A stretch of 64,000 nucleotides of DNA from Epiperipatus broadwayi (Eukaryota; Animalia; Onychophora), in NCBI GenBank assembly GCA_028023455.1, contig JAQFVV010000003.1, forward strand, positions 18,228,001 through 18,292,000, given 5' to 3'. This document shows positions 63,785 through 64,000 of the stretch, piece after piece. Numbering within the stretch: the stretch's first letter is position 1; every line of letters starts with the position of its first letter. The notes beneath the pieces are model-generated. The model was not told the origin of the DNA and searched no databases. It saw only the letters and a program-made list of their open reading frames with translations. A program made the position numbers and the translations under genes.

Positions 63785-63959
63785 ATCATCATATGATCAT
63801 CATTTCTTATGCTTGCTCATAACTGTTATTAAAACAGGCAAAACTCTCCATACAGTAATGCACTAGATATGGATTTTATGCACAAACCTTCTGGCATCCA
63901 TTCATTACCCTGGCTTGCACCGAGTGGCACTACTGTATGGAAAGTTTTTCCTGTCTTAA
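63785..63959. mobile_element. Family B copy, with the tail on the left
   Basis: TTAA-AACAGGCAAAACTCTCCATACAG ... CTGTATGGAAAGTTTTTCCTGTC-TTAA, with tail 63785-63828. Confidence 0.8.
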
Positions 63960-64000
63960 TGAATATATTTGTAGAGCATATCTAAAATTCAGTCATGCAA

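Overview
AT-rich (roughly 70% AT by eye), CpG-depleted animal nuclear DNA, arthropod-like; the species cannot be fixed from this window. One host gene is clearly supported: TBC1D25/OATL1 (Rab-GAP with an LC3-interacting motif) on the + strand. Its coding exons are 24561-24670, 36627-36775 and 42016-44330, plus a candidate first exon at 24266-24337 (881 aa if joined). The rest is mostly mobile-element debris: a near full-length RTE LINE, two copies of a CCHC-type LINE, a decayed Ty3/gypsy element, a lone gag remnant, two Penelope-like elements (PLEs), hAT MITEs including a SPIN-like copy, tRNA-derived SINEs and a tRNA-Gly relic. The main result is that at least 11 type-I hammerhead ribozyme (HHR) motifs can be read by eye, in four repeat families: a PLE, a 419-bp tandem retrozyme-like array abutting it, a tRNA-headed (Pol III A/B box) SINE-like family, and a TTAA-ended family. 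All four share one insertion geometry: two head-to-head arms with 3' ends outward, variable 5' truncation, and a 30-55 nt tail on one arm only. This suggests a PLE-driven set of non-autonomous ribozyme elements that look like MITEs. In the young PLE, the two 103-nt arms differ at one base only, the essential HHR G8, and the mutated copy is the one lying sense to the TBC1D25 pre-mRNA. All alignments and folds were done by eye; repeat boundaries are approximate unless stated.
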